From Acidimicrobiales bacterium (lineage in GTDB: Bacteria; Actinomycetota; Acidimicrobiia; Acidimicrobiales; JBOGIG01), in assembly GCA_050742455.1 (NCBI GenBank), contig JBOGIG010000004.1, positions 9,508 to 73,507 on the forward strand: 64,000 bases of DNA, in the 5' to 3' direction. Position numbers and translations under genes: made by a program. Below are positions 8,921 through 20,138 of the stretch, piece by piece. The stretch's first letter is position 1. The number at the start of each line of letters is the position of its first letter. Below the pieces are notes generated by a model. It was given only the letters and a program-made list of their open reading frames with translations, did no database searches and was not told the origin of the DNA.

Positions 8921-9907
8921 CTATATCTTTTCATACCTTTTCAGAATCCGAGCAGCTGCCTGGCGGCCGGCGTCGACCAGATCGGGTGGTTCGATCACCC
9001 GGGCATCAGGTCCGAGGCGGAGAAGCAGTCTCTCCAACCACGCCTGGCCCGAAACGGCCAGGGTCACCCGCGTTCTTCCGTCGTGCAGAGGACAAACCAA
9101 ATGGGTGGGATATGCCTCCAATACCCACTCCGCGGCAGGCTCGAGCTCCAAAACGACCTGCTCGGTCCCAGGACCGGTGAGGAAGTCGTCGTCACCCATT
9201 TCGGCCTGTGCCATACCGGGCTGATCAGGCTGATCAGGCATCGGGGGCTTGGCTTCGGACACCGGCGTCGGGATTGCGCCGCCGATCTCGGCCCGGCCGA
9301 TGCGGTCCACCCGGAAGCGGCGCCTGGCTTGGACCTGTTGACACCAGGCCTGGAGGTACCAGTGACCATCCCTGACGAATAGCCTCTCCGGGTTCACCGA
9401 TCGCGTGGTGGCGGCGTCACGGGCGAAGGAGTAGTAGTCGATGTCGAGGGTGCGGCCCTCGTCCGTGGCCTGACGAACTACTGGCAGGTGGACGGGTTCA
9501 TCGAGATCGATGATCAGCCTGTTCCTGGCCCCCAACACATCCTCCAGCTTGACCACCGCACCGGCCAGTGCCCCGTGGGGATCTGCTCCGGGCACGGCCA
9601 GGATCGCTCGGGCCGAGGCGGCCAGGGCGAATCCCTCAGAAGGCGTAAGCCGTGGGGCTCTCGACAATTGCCGGGTTGATTCGGCGTAGACGGTGTCATC
9701 GGAAATGTAGATATCCATGAGCACATCGGCTGTGTACGGCGGCAATCCACAGCACGAAGCCATTTCCAGCAGGGAAACCACCTCGGACGGGTCCAGGTTG
9801 AAGCGAAGGGCCACCTCGGCCAGGGGGACCTGGCCCACCGACACCAGCCAGGGCAGCAGTGCCAAAAGAACCCTAAGGCGCGCTGCCGCCTCGATGAGTG
9901 GGCTCAC
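8921..9907 (-). CDS. pafC: PafC-like WYL-domain transcriptional regulator
   Basis: It has an HTH-like N-terminus (RLRVLLALLPWLVSVGQVPLAEVALRF) and the WYL motif RDGHWYLQAWC...RRFRVDRI. A GTG at 9907 forms a GTGA overlap with the pafB stop. The track ORF extends to 10009. Confidence 0.8.
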   Translation of the reverse strand: MSPLIEAAARLRVLLALLPWLVSVGQVPLAEVALRFNLDPSEVVSLLEMASCCGLPPYTADVLMDIYISDDTVYAESTRQLSRAPRLTPSEGFALAASARAILAVPGADPHGALAGAVVKLEDVLGARNRLIIDLDEPVHLPVVRQATDEGRTLDIDYYSFARDAATTRSVNPERLFVRDGHWYLQAWCQQVQARRRFRVDRIGRAEIGGAIPTPVSEAKPPMPDQPDQPGMAQAEMGDDDFLTGPGTEQVVLELEPAAEWVLEAYPTHLVCPLHDGRTRVTLAVSGQAWLERLLLRLGPDARVIEPPDLVDAGRQAAARILKRYEKI

Positions 9908-10839
9908 GGGGACACCTCGGCGATCATCTGTCGCAGCCATCCGATGACCTCGTCCCTTAGATCGGGTGGCGACAACACTTCGGCGTGATCGAGATGGTCG
10001 AACAGCCACGATCTGAACGCTCCCGTGTTCGATACGGCCAGGGCCACGATCACCGATCCATCCGACCTCGTCTCCACCACCGACTCCCCGCCCAGTTCGG
10101 CAGTGGCCAACGCAGCCTGGGAAGCGTCGATCAGCACCCGGACGTCGATCACGTCCCTGCCGCCGAGTGTCCAGGGCGGATCGGGAAGGGCCCGAGCTGG
10201 ATCGAAGTCGATGGGAACCTCAAAGCTGTCTTCCGGCCCCAACGTCACCCCCCCGTCAATTCGATCGGGCCGGAATGAGCGCATCGCCAACCGGTCATGG
10301 TCCCAACCAACCAGGTACCAGTTGCCCGCCCTGAAGGCAAGCCCGTAGGGGTCGATGCCGCGCGGAAAACTCCGATAGACAAAGGTTACGGGTGCCCGCT
10401 GGGCGATAGCCCGGTGCAGGTCGGGCAGGGTGTGAGGAACGGGCAGATCGGCCAGGTTGGACACATGATGACTAGCCACAACTCCTAGTTTCAATAGTGC
10501 ATCCATGCCACTACCATCGGGTAGGTGGACACCGGCCACGGCAAGGTTGAGGGCAACCTGCTCGACTGGGCTGAGATCCAGCTCTGGCAGGTAGTAATCC
10601 TCGGGGTTGATGCGGTACCCGAGTTGATCCCCACCGGCCATCTTCTCGGTGAGGATGGGAACCCCCTCCTGGCGCAACAGTTTCTTGTCCCTCTCGAAAG
10701 CCTGCCTAGCCGCCACCGGACTGTCGAGCGGGTACCCGGGCACCTCGGAAACTATGTGTTGGAGCGAAACCGGCCGCCGAGAGGACAGGAGCAGCATGAC
10801 CAGGTTGGTGAGTCGTTCCAGCTTGGCCAGGTTTTCCAC
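9904..10839 (-). CDS. pafB: PafB-like WYL-domain transcriptional regulator
   Basis: KLERLTNLVMLLLSSRRPVSL aligns with the PafB N-terminus, and the WYL motif is RAGNWYLVGWDHD...RSFRPDRI. The start was chosen at GTG 10839 by similarity to the PafB N-terminus. The track ORF runs to 10986 and would overlap the divergent gene. Confidence 0.78.
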   Translation of the reverse strand: MENLAKLERLTNLVMLLLSSRRPVSLQHIVSEVPGYPLDSPVAARQAFERDKKLLRQEGVPILTEKMAGGDQLGYRINPEDYYLPELDLSPVEQVALNLAVAGVHLPDGSGMDALLKLGVVASHHVSNLADLPVPHTLPDLHRAIAQRAPVTFVYRSFPRGIDPYGLAFRAGNWYLVGWDHDRLAMRSFRPDRIDGGVTLGPEDSFEVPIDFDPARALPDPPWTLGGRDVIDVRVLIDASQAALATAELGGESVVETRSDGSVIVALAVSNTGAFRSWLFDHLDHAEVLSPPDLRDEVIGWLRQMIAEVSP

Positions 10840-10952
10840 GATCGGCAGCCTAAGCCAGCCACCGCCCGGTCGGACAGGCCCGATGGGCCGGGAATGGGCG
10901 GGGACGGTGACCACTCCGGGAAGCGGGCCCATCGCGAAATCCGGTACGGAGA

Positions 10953-11819
10953 ATGGCTGGCTGCATGAGGGGCGGCCCTTGGACATTTCACCTCCATGTG
11001 TGGGCCTGGCTCCTTATCGCCTCCGCGGGGATCGGCTATGTAGCGGTGCTGCGACAGCTCGGGCCTCGCCACAACCCCACGGGACCATCTGTCGCCCCTC
11101 GAAAAATTGCATCATTTTGCGCCGGCCTGGTGACACTGGCCATCGCCCTGACCTGGCCCACGGCTGACCTTTCCCTTCACTGGCTGTTGGTGGCCCGCCT
11201 GTTCCAGAACGTCTTGTTGTTCCTTGTGGCGCCGCCACTGTTGCTCCTCGGCCTTCCGAATCGGCTGGTGGACATGGCGACGAGGCCCCGGCTTGTGGAC
11301 GCCACCCTGACCAGGATCACCCATCCCGCCCTGGCCACCCTCATCTTTAATTGTGTGGTGATCGCATCGCTGATTCCCCCCGTTGTCCACGCCGAGAGCC
11401 ACTGGACCGTGGCCTACGCCTTGGCCGGCGCCGTCATGCTGGGAGCAGGCACGATCATGTGGCTGCCCGTCCTGCGCCTGGTCCCCGGCGCACGTCACAT
11501 GGGCGTGGCCGCGCGAGTGGGCTACCTGTTCGTGCAGTCCATCCTGCCCAACTTTCCAGCCCTCATCTTGATCTTTGCCGGGCATGTCATGTACACGGAC
11601 TTCACCTCGGCCCCCATGGCCCTGGGCATCTCGGCCCGGCTCGACCAACAGCTGGCTGGCGTGGCGGCCAAGGTGTTGGGAATCACCATCTTGTGGTGCA
11701 CGGCGGGAGCCATCCTGATGCGGGCCCAATCGGCCGAGGAGAGGGGCGAGGACCCCGATCCTTTGACATGGAGCGACGTGGAGAGAGAGCTGGAGCGCCT
11801 GGATCGCCACCCCATCTGA
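10953..11819 (+). CDS. Cytochrome c oxidase assembly factor CtaG-like polytopic membrane protein
   Basis: It has multiple TM helices and a pattern (W...HWLLVARLFQNVLLFLVAPPLLLLGLP) like the Caa3_CtaG family. The start could be 10953 or 10965. Confidence 0.55.
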   Translation: MAGCMRGGPWTFHLHVWAWLLIASAGIGYVAVLRQLGPRHNPTGPSVAPRKIASFCAGLVTLAIALTWPTADLSLHWLLVARLFQNVLLFLVAPPLLLLGLPNRLVDMATRPRLVDATLTRITHPALATLIFNCVVIASLIPPVVHAESHWTVAYALAGAVMLGAGTIMWLPVLRLVPGARHMGVAARVGYLFVQSILPNFPALILIFAGHVMYTDFTSAPMALGISARLDQQLAGVAAKVLGITILWCTAGAILMRAQSAEERGEDPDPLTWSDVERELERLDRHPI

Positions 11820-11963
11820 GCCTGCACCGGGCGGGGCAGCCGGGGCCTGCCTGGCCATTGTGTTCGACCAGGGTCGATGGGGGCCTACAATTGAACCCGG
11901 CCACCTCGGCGCCCGATCGCGCGGGGGTCTGGCCACTGACGCCTTCCGGAGAAATCACTGACC

Positions 11964-13802
<1,839 letters not shown>

Positions 13803-13835
13803 GCCCGGCGGATCAGATCGGGTACGCTCCCGTCA

Positions 13836-13903
13836 GCCAGATGACCCAGGAGGCCAGATGACCCGGATAGCCAGATGACCCGGATAGCCAAATGACCAAA
13901 ATA
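13836..13903. repeat. 4 x 17-bp tandem repeat (gccagatgacccggata, outer copies degenerate)
   Basis: The copies are at 13836, 13853, 13870 and 13887. The ATG of the last copy (13892) is the start of the downstream hydrolase gene. Confidence 0.9.
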
Positions 13904-15052
13904 GAGGGTCTCGTGGAGCCGGGCTATGGCCGGGTAAGGGAGGCCTTCGCCGCAAACTTCGATCACCACGGAGATATCGGGGCCGGGGTGTGTGTCCACG
14001 TCGATGGGCGCAAGGTGGTCGATCTGGTTGGTGGGCTGGCGGACGTCAAGTCTGGCCAGGCCTACAACTCAGACAGCTTGCAACTGGTCTTTTCCACCAC
14101 CAAGGCCCCGACCGCGGTGTGTGCCCATCTCCTGGCCGAACGGGGTGACCTGGATTTTGATGCCCCGGTAACCCAGTACTGGCCAGAGTTCGCCGCTGCG
14201 GGCAAGGGCCACATACCGGTTCGCTGGCTCCTTTCTCACCAGGCCGGCCTGGCCAGCATCGATGTCAAGCTCAGCTTGGCCCAGGCCTTGGCCTGGGATC
14301 CCGTCATCGAAGCCCTGGCCGCGCAGGAGCCCCTGTGGGAGCCGGGGCAAGCTCACGGCTACCACGCCCTGACATTCGGGTGGCTGGTGGGCGAGCTCAT
14401 CCGGCGCATATCCGGTCGCAGTGTGGGCCGGTTTTTTGCCGAAGAAGTGGCCGGACCCCTCGGCTTGGAGTTTTGGATCGGCCTGCCCGAACAATACGAG
14501 CACCGGGTCGCTCCCCTGATCAGCTCGCCGATGCCCGACGATCCGGCCCTGCGGGAATTGGCCGTCGCCCTGATGGGTCCCGACACCCTCCTCGGACGGG
14601 CCTTGACCCTCGACGGCGCCTTTGACAGCCTCGGTTTGACCTCGCCCTTCAACTCCCGAGCCGTGCACGCCGCCGAGATCCCCGCCGCCAATGGCATCAC
14701 CAACGCCGCCAGTCTGTCCCGCTTCTACGCCGGGCTCATCGGGGAAGTGGACGGGGTCCGTGTGCTCGGGCCCGAGGCTCTCAAAGTGGCCACGGCCACC
14801 CAGTGCGAGGGCCAGGACAAGGTATTGATGGTGCAGACCCGTTTCGGATTGGGCTTCATGCTTCACTCGGAATTCACCCCGCTCCTCGGCCCCGGCTCGT
14901 TCGGCCACTCCGGGGCCGGGGGATCGCTGGGCTTTGCCGATCCCGACACGGGCGTGTCATTCGGATATGTGATGAACCAGATGCAGGCCAATCTGTCCGC
15001 CGATCCGCGCACCCTCGGACTCATCGAGGCGCTGCGCTCCAGTTTGGACTAG
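13892..15052 (+). CDS. Serine hydrolase, class C beta-lactamase/esterase family
   Basis: It has the SxxK motif FSTTKAPTA, with length and N-terminus typical of EstB/LipE-like esterases. Confidence 0.85.
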   Translation: MTKIEGLVEPGYGRVREAFAANFDHHGDIGAGVCVHVDGRKVVDLVGGLADVKSGQAYNSDSLQLVFSTTKAPTAVCAHLLAERGDLDFDAPVTQYWPEFAAAGKGHIPVRWLLSHQAGLASIDVKLSLAQALAWDPVIEALAAQEPLWEPGQAHGYHALTFGWLVGELIRRISGRSVGRFFAEEVAGPLGLEFWIGLPEQYEHRVAPLISSPMPDDPALRELAVALMGPDTLLGRALTLDGAFDSLGLTSPFNSRAVHAAEIPAANGITNAASLSRFYAGLIGEVDGVRVLGPEALKVATATQCEGQDKVLMVQTRFGLGFMLHSEFTPLLGPGSFGHSGAGGSLGFADPDTGVSFGYVMNQMQANLSADPRTLGLIEALRSSLD

Positions 15053-16086
15053 GGCTCTACCACGATCTTGGCGTGGGCCTCGGGATTAGCCAGATCCTCG
15101 AAGGCCCCCGGCACCCCTTCGATTCCAACTGATCCGGTGATCAGGGGGTCGACGTCGATCGCTCCCTCGGCGATGACCCGAAGGGCACGGGCAAACTCCA
15201 TGGGGTCATAGGCCAGCACGAACTGCAAGGACAGTTCCTTTGCCGTGCCGAAGAAGGGCTGGAACGAGTCAGGCTGCATGCACACCCCCACCACCACGAT
15301 GAGAGAGGATCGGGGGGCATCTCGCATGATCGACTGCAACATTCCGGGGATACCGACGGCTTCGAAGATGACCAGGGGTAAGACGCCATCGGCTCGGCGC
15401 CAGGCATCCATGGCCGGTTCGACAACCGGGTCGACTACTACGCCGGCCCCCATGAGCAGGGCCAGGTCCCGTCGTCGGGGGGAGAGATCCGAGGCCACGA
15501 TCACTTCGACTCCGGCGAGCTTCAACGCCGAAATGACGGCCAACCCCACCGGCCCGCAGCCCACCACCAGGGCCGACTGACCGGCGGCGATACCGGACTT
15601 GGCCACGGCGTGCAGACCCACGGCCGTGGGCTCGGTCATGGCGGCCCGCCGGGGGCTGCATCCGTTGGGCACTTCGAGCACCAGGGGAGCCGACAGCAAC
15701 ATCCTCTCGGCAAAGCCACCCGGATACTCATTGGAGTAGGCCGTGGGAGAAACCCCGGTATCGGTGAGCATGACCGGCACGGATACCACCACGGCGCCCG
15801 GTTCCGGACCGATTGTGTCTGGCCCCACTTCGAGCACCTCAGCCGAGAACTCGTGGCCCATGATCACATCGCGGCTCAGGTCGAGCACGGGACCGGACAC
15901 AACTTCGTCGACCAGTCCCGCCTGCGCCGTCAGATCCACCACTGCCTGGCCGTGCTGAGCAAAGTGCAGGTCCGATCCGCAGATCCCGCAGGCCAGGGTG
16001 CGGACCAGAATCTGGCCCAGGCCAGGAACCGGGTCGGCCACGTCGTCGACGACCATGGAGCCATTTCGTAGGATTGCGGCGCGCAA
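15049..16086 (-). CDS. Zinc-dependent alcohol dehydrogenase (MDR superfamily)
   Basis: It has the CGICGSDLH zinc-ligand motif and GCGPVGLAV Rossmann motif. There is a 4-bp convergent overlap with the hydrolase stop. Confidence 0.88.
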   Translation of the reverse strand: MRAAILRNGSMVVDDVADPVPGLGQILVRTLACGICGSDLHFAQHGQAVVDLTAQAGLVDEVVSGPVLDLSRDVIMGHEFSAEVLEVGPDTIGPEPGAVVVSVPVMLTDTGVSPTAYSNEYPGGFAERMLLSAPLVLEVPNGCSPRRAAMTEPTAVGLHAVAKSGIAAGQSALVVGCGPVGLAVISALKLAGVEVIVASDLSPRRRDLALLMGAGVVVDPVVEPAMDAWRRADGVLPLVIFEAVGIPGMLQSIMRDAPRSSLIVVVGVCMQPDSFQPFFGTAKELSLQFVLAYDPMEFARALRVIAEGAIDVDPLITGSVGIEGVPGAFEDLANPEAHAKIVVEP

Positions 16087-16191
16087 TACGGCCTCCTTTG
16101 CCTGGCCAGGCTATTAGCGACTTCGGCCCGATCCCAGCCAAGCACGTCCCGTTAGTATGGGCAATGTTCCCATCCCGATTCGATCTTCAGA

Positions 16192-17526
16192 ATGGAGAAT
16201 CCCTTGCCCTCTCCAAAGCACAAGCCGGACATGGCCCAGGTCATCGGCCCGGTGGTCCGAGGCTTCGTCGGTCATTCACCCACCATTGCAATCCGGTTCT
16301 GGGACGGCAGCGTCATCGGACCGCCCGACTCGGCCACCTCCATAGCCGTGCACTCGCCCCGAGCCCTGCGCCGGTTGTTGTATTCGCCCAACGAACTCGG
16401 GGCGGCTCGGGCCTACGTGGCCGGGGAGATCGATCTGGAGGGAGACATATTCGAGGGCTTGGGCGTGCGGGACAACCTGAGCGCATCCGACCAGGAGGCG
16501 CCCCTCAAGCTCAGGTGGCGGATCTGGTGGGATCTACTGCGGGCTGCAATGGCTACCGGGGTCATCGGTACTCCCCTGCCCCACCCGCCAGAGGAGGCTC
16601 ACCTCCGGGGCAAGCGCCATTCCAAGGAACGCGACGCCGCCGCCATCTCCCACCACTACAACGTCTCGAACGACTTCTACCGCTTGTTCCTGGGCGAGAC
16701 CATGACCTATTCGTGCGGTTATTTCGCGTGGCCTGATTCCACCCTTGACGAGGCCCAAAGAGGCAAGTACGACCTGATCTGTCGCAAGCTCGGGCTGAGC
16801 GAAGGGATGCGACTGTTGGACGTGGGCTGCGGCTGGGGCGGGATGACCCGCTACGCCGCCGAGCACTACGGCGTCAGTGCCGTGGGGGTGACCTTGTCGA
16901 CCCGACAGGCCGAGTATGCCCGGGCCGCCACCGCCGAGGCGGGATTGTCCGACCGGGTCGAGATCAGGGTCCAGGACTACCGTGAGATCCAAGACGGGCC
17001 CTTCGACGCGATCAGCTCCATCGGGATGTTCGAACACGTCGGACTGTCCCGGCTCAACGAATACCTGGCCGATCTGCACGACCTGCTAAAGCCCGGAGCG
17101 CGCCTTCTCAACCACGGTATATCCCGGCCATTCGGACCATCGGGATTCGATCGTAACTCCTTTGTCGAACGCTACGTGTTTCCCGACGGAGAGCTACACG
17201 AGGTGGGACTGGTCGTCAGCGCGGCCCAGGGGCGCCACCTCGAAGTACGAGATGTCGAGAGCCTGCGCGAGCACTATGCCAGAACCCTGCGGCACTGGGT
17301 CCGCAACCTGGAGGGCAACTGGGACAAGGCCCTCGAGCTAGTCGGTCCGGCCCGGGCCCGGATCTGGCGCCTGTACATGGCCGGCTCGGCCCTCAACTTC
17401 GAAGCAGGTCGGACCAGCATCCACCAGATCCTGGCCGTGCGCCCCAATGGCGACGGCTCGTCAGGCATACCGCCGACGCGCGAAGAGCTACTGAACCTCC
17501 GGGTTGAAAAGGTGTCAAGTCCCTGA
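16192..17526 (+). CDS. cfa: Cyclopropane-fatty-acyl-phospholipid synthase family SAM methyltransferase
   Basis: It has HYNVSNDFYRLFLGETMTYSCGYF and the SAM motif LLDVGCGWGGM. Confidence 0.88.
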   Translation: MENPLPSPKHKPDMAQVIGPVVRGFVGHSPTIAIRFWDGSVIGPPDSATSIAVHSPRALRRLLYSPNELGAARAYVAGEIDLEGDIFEGLGVRDNLSASDQEAPLKLRWRIWWDLLRAAMATGVIGTPLPHPPEEAHLRGKRHSKERDAAAISHHYNVSNDFYRLFLGETMTYSCGYFAWPDSTLDEAQRGKYDLICRKLGLSEGMRLLDVGCGWGGMTRYAAEHYGVSAVGVTLSTRQAEYARAATAEAGLSDRVEIRVQDYREIQDGPFDAISSIGMFEHVGLSRLNEYLADLHDLLKPGARLLNHGISRPFGPSGFDRNSFVERYVFPDGELHEVGLVVSAAQGRHLEVRDVESLREHYARTLRHWVRNLEGNWDKALELVGPARARIWRLYMAGSALNFEAGRTSIHQILAVRPNGDGSSGIPPTREELLNLRVEKVSSP

Positions 17527-17555
17527 TCAATTCGGGAGTCCGGCCTCGGGCTCAG

Positions 17556-18872
17556 GTGGAGGGCCGGGTATCCATAGCCATCGAGCAGATCTCGGGCCGA
17601 CCGGCCGTGGTGGCCCGGAGCGATCCGAGCCATCGACGCGGCGCCCTGAGCGAGGCTGATAGCGCCACCCTGGCCGAGGCGGGCGCCCTGGCACTCAGCG
17701 AGCACATTCCCCTGGTCTGGTTCGTTGCCTCGAGCGGAGCCGACATCGAGGGGGGCATCGCCGCCCTTCATGGTTGGGGCCAGGCGGCCCGGGTCATGGC
17801 GGACTGCTCTGGCGTCGTTCCAGTGGTGATGGCCCTGGTCGGTCCGGCCATATCAGGGCCGGCCCTGATGCTGGGGTTGGCCGACGTGGTGATCATGACC
17901 CCGGACGCCTTCGCCTTCATCTCCGGCCCCGACATGGTGGCAGAGTTCACCGGGGTAACGACCGACATCTCCGAGCTCGGGGGGCGGGGGGTGCACTCCC
18001 GCCTAACCGGTCTGGCCGCGTTGGAAGCGGCCGACGCCGAAGATGCCTACGAATTGGTGGCTGAAGTCTTGAGCTACCTTCCGGCCGGAACCGATCGGGC
18101 CGCCCCGGTGACGCCCAGCCCGGACCTGCCGGACCGGGCCACGCCTGAACTCGCCGCGATCATCCCGTCGGGATCAACCGGCTCTTACGATATGCGCCAC
18201 ATCGCCCAGCGGATCGTTGACGGCGACAACCTGCTGGAGCTGAGAGCAGGATGGGCCCCCCAACTCTTCACTGCCCTGGGGCGGATCGAGGGCCGTCCGG
18301 TGGGGATCGTGGGTAACCAGCCCCAGTACATGGCCGGGACGCTCGACATCTCGGCTTCCCAGAAGGGTGCCCGATTCGTATCGTTCTGCGATTCGTTCAA
18401 CCTGCCCATCATCACCCTGGTGGACACCCCCGGCTTCTTGCCCGGCAAGGACCTGGAATGGCGGGGCATGATCCGCCATGGAGCCGAGTTGGCCTTCGCC
18501 TACGCCGAGGCCACAGTGCCCCGCATCTGCCTCATCGTGCGCAAGGCCTACGGTGGCGCATACATCGTCATGGACTCCAAGAAGATGGGCTCGGACGTGT
18601 GTCTGGCCTGGCCAAGTGCCGAGATCGCCGTCATGGGGGCTCGGGGTGCGGTCGCGATACTCAACCGGGGAGTGGCCCCCGAGGTGCAGGAGCGTCTGGT
18701 GGAGGAGTACGAAGAGGAGTTCCTCACGGCCTGGATCGCTGCCGAGAGGGGCTACGTGGACATGGTCGTAGAGCCGGCCTCGACCCGGGCTGCAATCGCC
18801 GCGGCATTGGCCGGCATAGAGCCCAAGCGCGAGAAGCTCAAAGCGCGCAAGCACGCCAACGGCCCGATGTAG
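17556..18872 (+). CDS. Acyl-CoA carboxylase carboxyltransferase (beta) subunit family
   Basis: It has the carboxyl-transferase motifs GGRGVHS..., PIITLVDTPGFLPG and RKAYGGAYIVM. At 438 aa it is shorter than typical AccD. Confidence 0.8.
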   Translation: MEGRVSIAIEQISGRPAVVARSDPSHRRGALSEADSATLAEAGALALSEHIPLVWFVASSGADIEGGIAALHGWGQAARVMADCSGVVPVVMALVGPAISGPALMLGLADVVIMTPDAFAFISGPDMVAEFTGVTTDISELGGRGVHSRLTGLAALEAADAEDAYELVAEVLSYLPAGTDRAAPVTPSPDLPDRATPELAAIIPSGSTGSYDMRHIAQRIVDGDNLLELRAGWAPQLFTALGRIEGRPVGIVGNQPQYMAGTLDISASQKGARFVSFCDSFNLPIITLVDTPGFLPGKDLEWRGMIRHGAELAFAYAEATVPRICLIVRKAYGGAYIVMDSKKMGSDVCLAWPSAEIAVMGARGAVAILNRGVAPEVQERLVEEYEEEFLTAWIAAERGYVDMVVEPASTRAAIAAALAGIEPKREKLKARKHANGPM

Positions 18873-18888
18873 ACCCGCGCTGGCCCGA

Positions 18889-20136
18889 TCAGGCTGCGCT
18901 GCCCGCCAGCCATTGTGCCCAGGTCATATTCCAATCGGCCACCCCGCCCACCGATAGGCTGGGCGGTCGAGGTGATCCGACAATGTTCACGATGTCGCCC
19001 GGCTGGCTGAAGGCGTAGAACCAGGCGGCGTCGGCCGGTGAGATGTTTACACAGCCATGGGAGACGTTCTGGTGGCCTTGGGAGACCACCGACCAGGGGG
19101 CGGCGTGGACGTACTCACCGGTGGTGGAGATGTGAACGTCGTTGTAGACGGTCTCGTAGTAGTAATCGGGCGAGCCCTTGGGAATGCCCACGGTGGCCGA
19201 GTCCATGATCACGCTCGGTTCCTTGTCCAGTACCCAGTGCACGCCACCCATAGTGGGCAGGTCGACCCGTCCGGCCGATATGGGCACGGTACGGATCGTG
19301 GCCCCGTTGGCCTGGACCGTCATCACGTCGGTGAGGACGTTGGCCACCGATATGTGGGACTGGCCCACAGAAAAGTTCACCTCCCGGTTGACCGCCCCCC
19401 AGGTGCCGCGTCCGGCATAGATCCCGGCCAGGTTCAGGGCCACCACCACGTGCTCGCCGACCGGCCAGTAGACCTGGGGACGGAAATGGACCTCCCGGTC
19501 CCCGAACCAGTGCCACGCCCCCACCACCGGGGTGGACATGGTGACGTGGAGGGCGGCCTGCACCGCCCCCTTGTCGGCAACGGGATGGTTGAAGTCGACG
19601 GTGATGGGCATTCCGACCCCGACCACGTGCCCACCAAAGGGGGTCACGTCGCCAGAGAGGATCTTGGACGGCGTCTGGGTGACAAACGAACTGCTGCGGG
19701 TAACCGCCCGACCCGAGCCATCGGAGGCCGAGTAGCTGATTCGATAGGTCTCACCCGGTGACAGCACGCCCACCGGAACGGCCCAGGACCGATCATCGGG
19801 TGCGATCTCCCCGCTGATGTGCTTTCCCGCCCCATCGGTCATGACCACCCACAACAGGCGGCCCCCGTCGACGGTCACGTTAACCGGGGCGCCCAGGGCC
19901 ACCCCCCTGGCCCCGGATCCCGGGAAGGTGCTCACCGTAAACGGAGCCACCAGGGACACGGGCTGCGCGGCGGCGATATTTGAAGCGCTGTCGTGGACCA
20001 GCCAGATCCCGGCCAGGATGGCCAACACCGTCACCGTTGCGGTGCCGATCACGGACAGGGTGGCGCCCACAGGACCCAGGCGGTGACCACGATGATCCGA
20101 TCCTCGACGCCGACCGACCGCCCTAGGTCGGAACAC
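18889..20136 (-). CDS. L,D-transpeptidase (YkuD domain) with N-terminal TM anchor and Ig-like domains
   Basis: It has the catalytic motif SHGCVNISPADAAWFY. The start is set at GTG 20136, 2 nt after the upstream VOC stop, which gives a basic N-terminus followed by a TM helix. The track ORF extends to 20256. Confidence 0.82.
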   Translation of the reverse strand: MFRPRAVGRRRGSDHRGHRLGPVGATLSVIGTATVTVLAILAGIWLVHDSASNIAAAQPVSLVAPFTVSTFPGSGARGVALGAPVNVTVDGGRLLWVVMTDGAGKHISGEIAPDDRSWAVPVGVLSPGETYRISYSASDGSGRAVTRSSSFVTQTPSKILSGDVTPFGGHVVGVGMPITVDFNHPVADKGAVQAALHVTMSTPVVGAWHWFGDREVHFRPQVYWPVGEHVVVALNLAGIYAGRGTWGAVNREVNFSVGQSHISVANVLTDVMTVQANGATIRTVPISAGRVDLPTMGGVHWVLDKEPSVIMDSATVGIPKGSPDYYYETVYNDVHISTTGEYVHAAPWSVVSQGHQNVSHGCVNISPADAAWFYAFSQPGDIVNIVGSPRPPSLSVGGVADWNMTWAQWLAGSAA

Positions 20137-20138
20137 GC

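Noticed and set aside
6497-9382. Long plus-strand ORFs (6497..7720, 7742..9382) opposite the relaxase and pafC
   Set aside because: They have no recognisable domains and a biased R/P/G composition. The minus-strand frames carry strong relaxase and WYL motifs.
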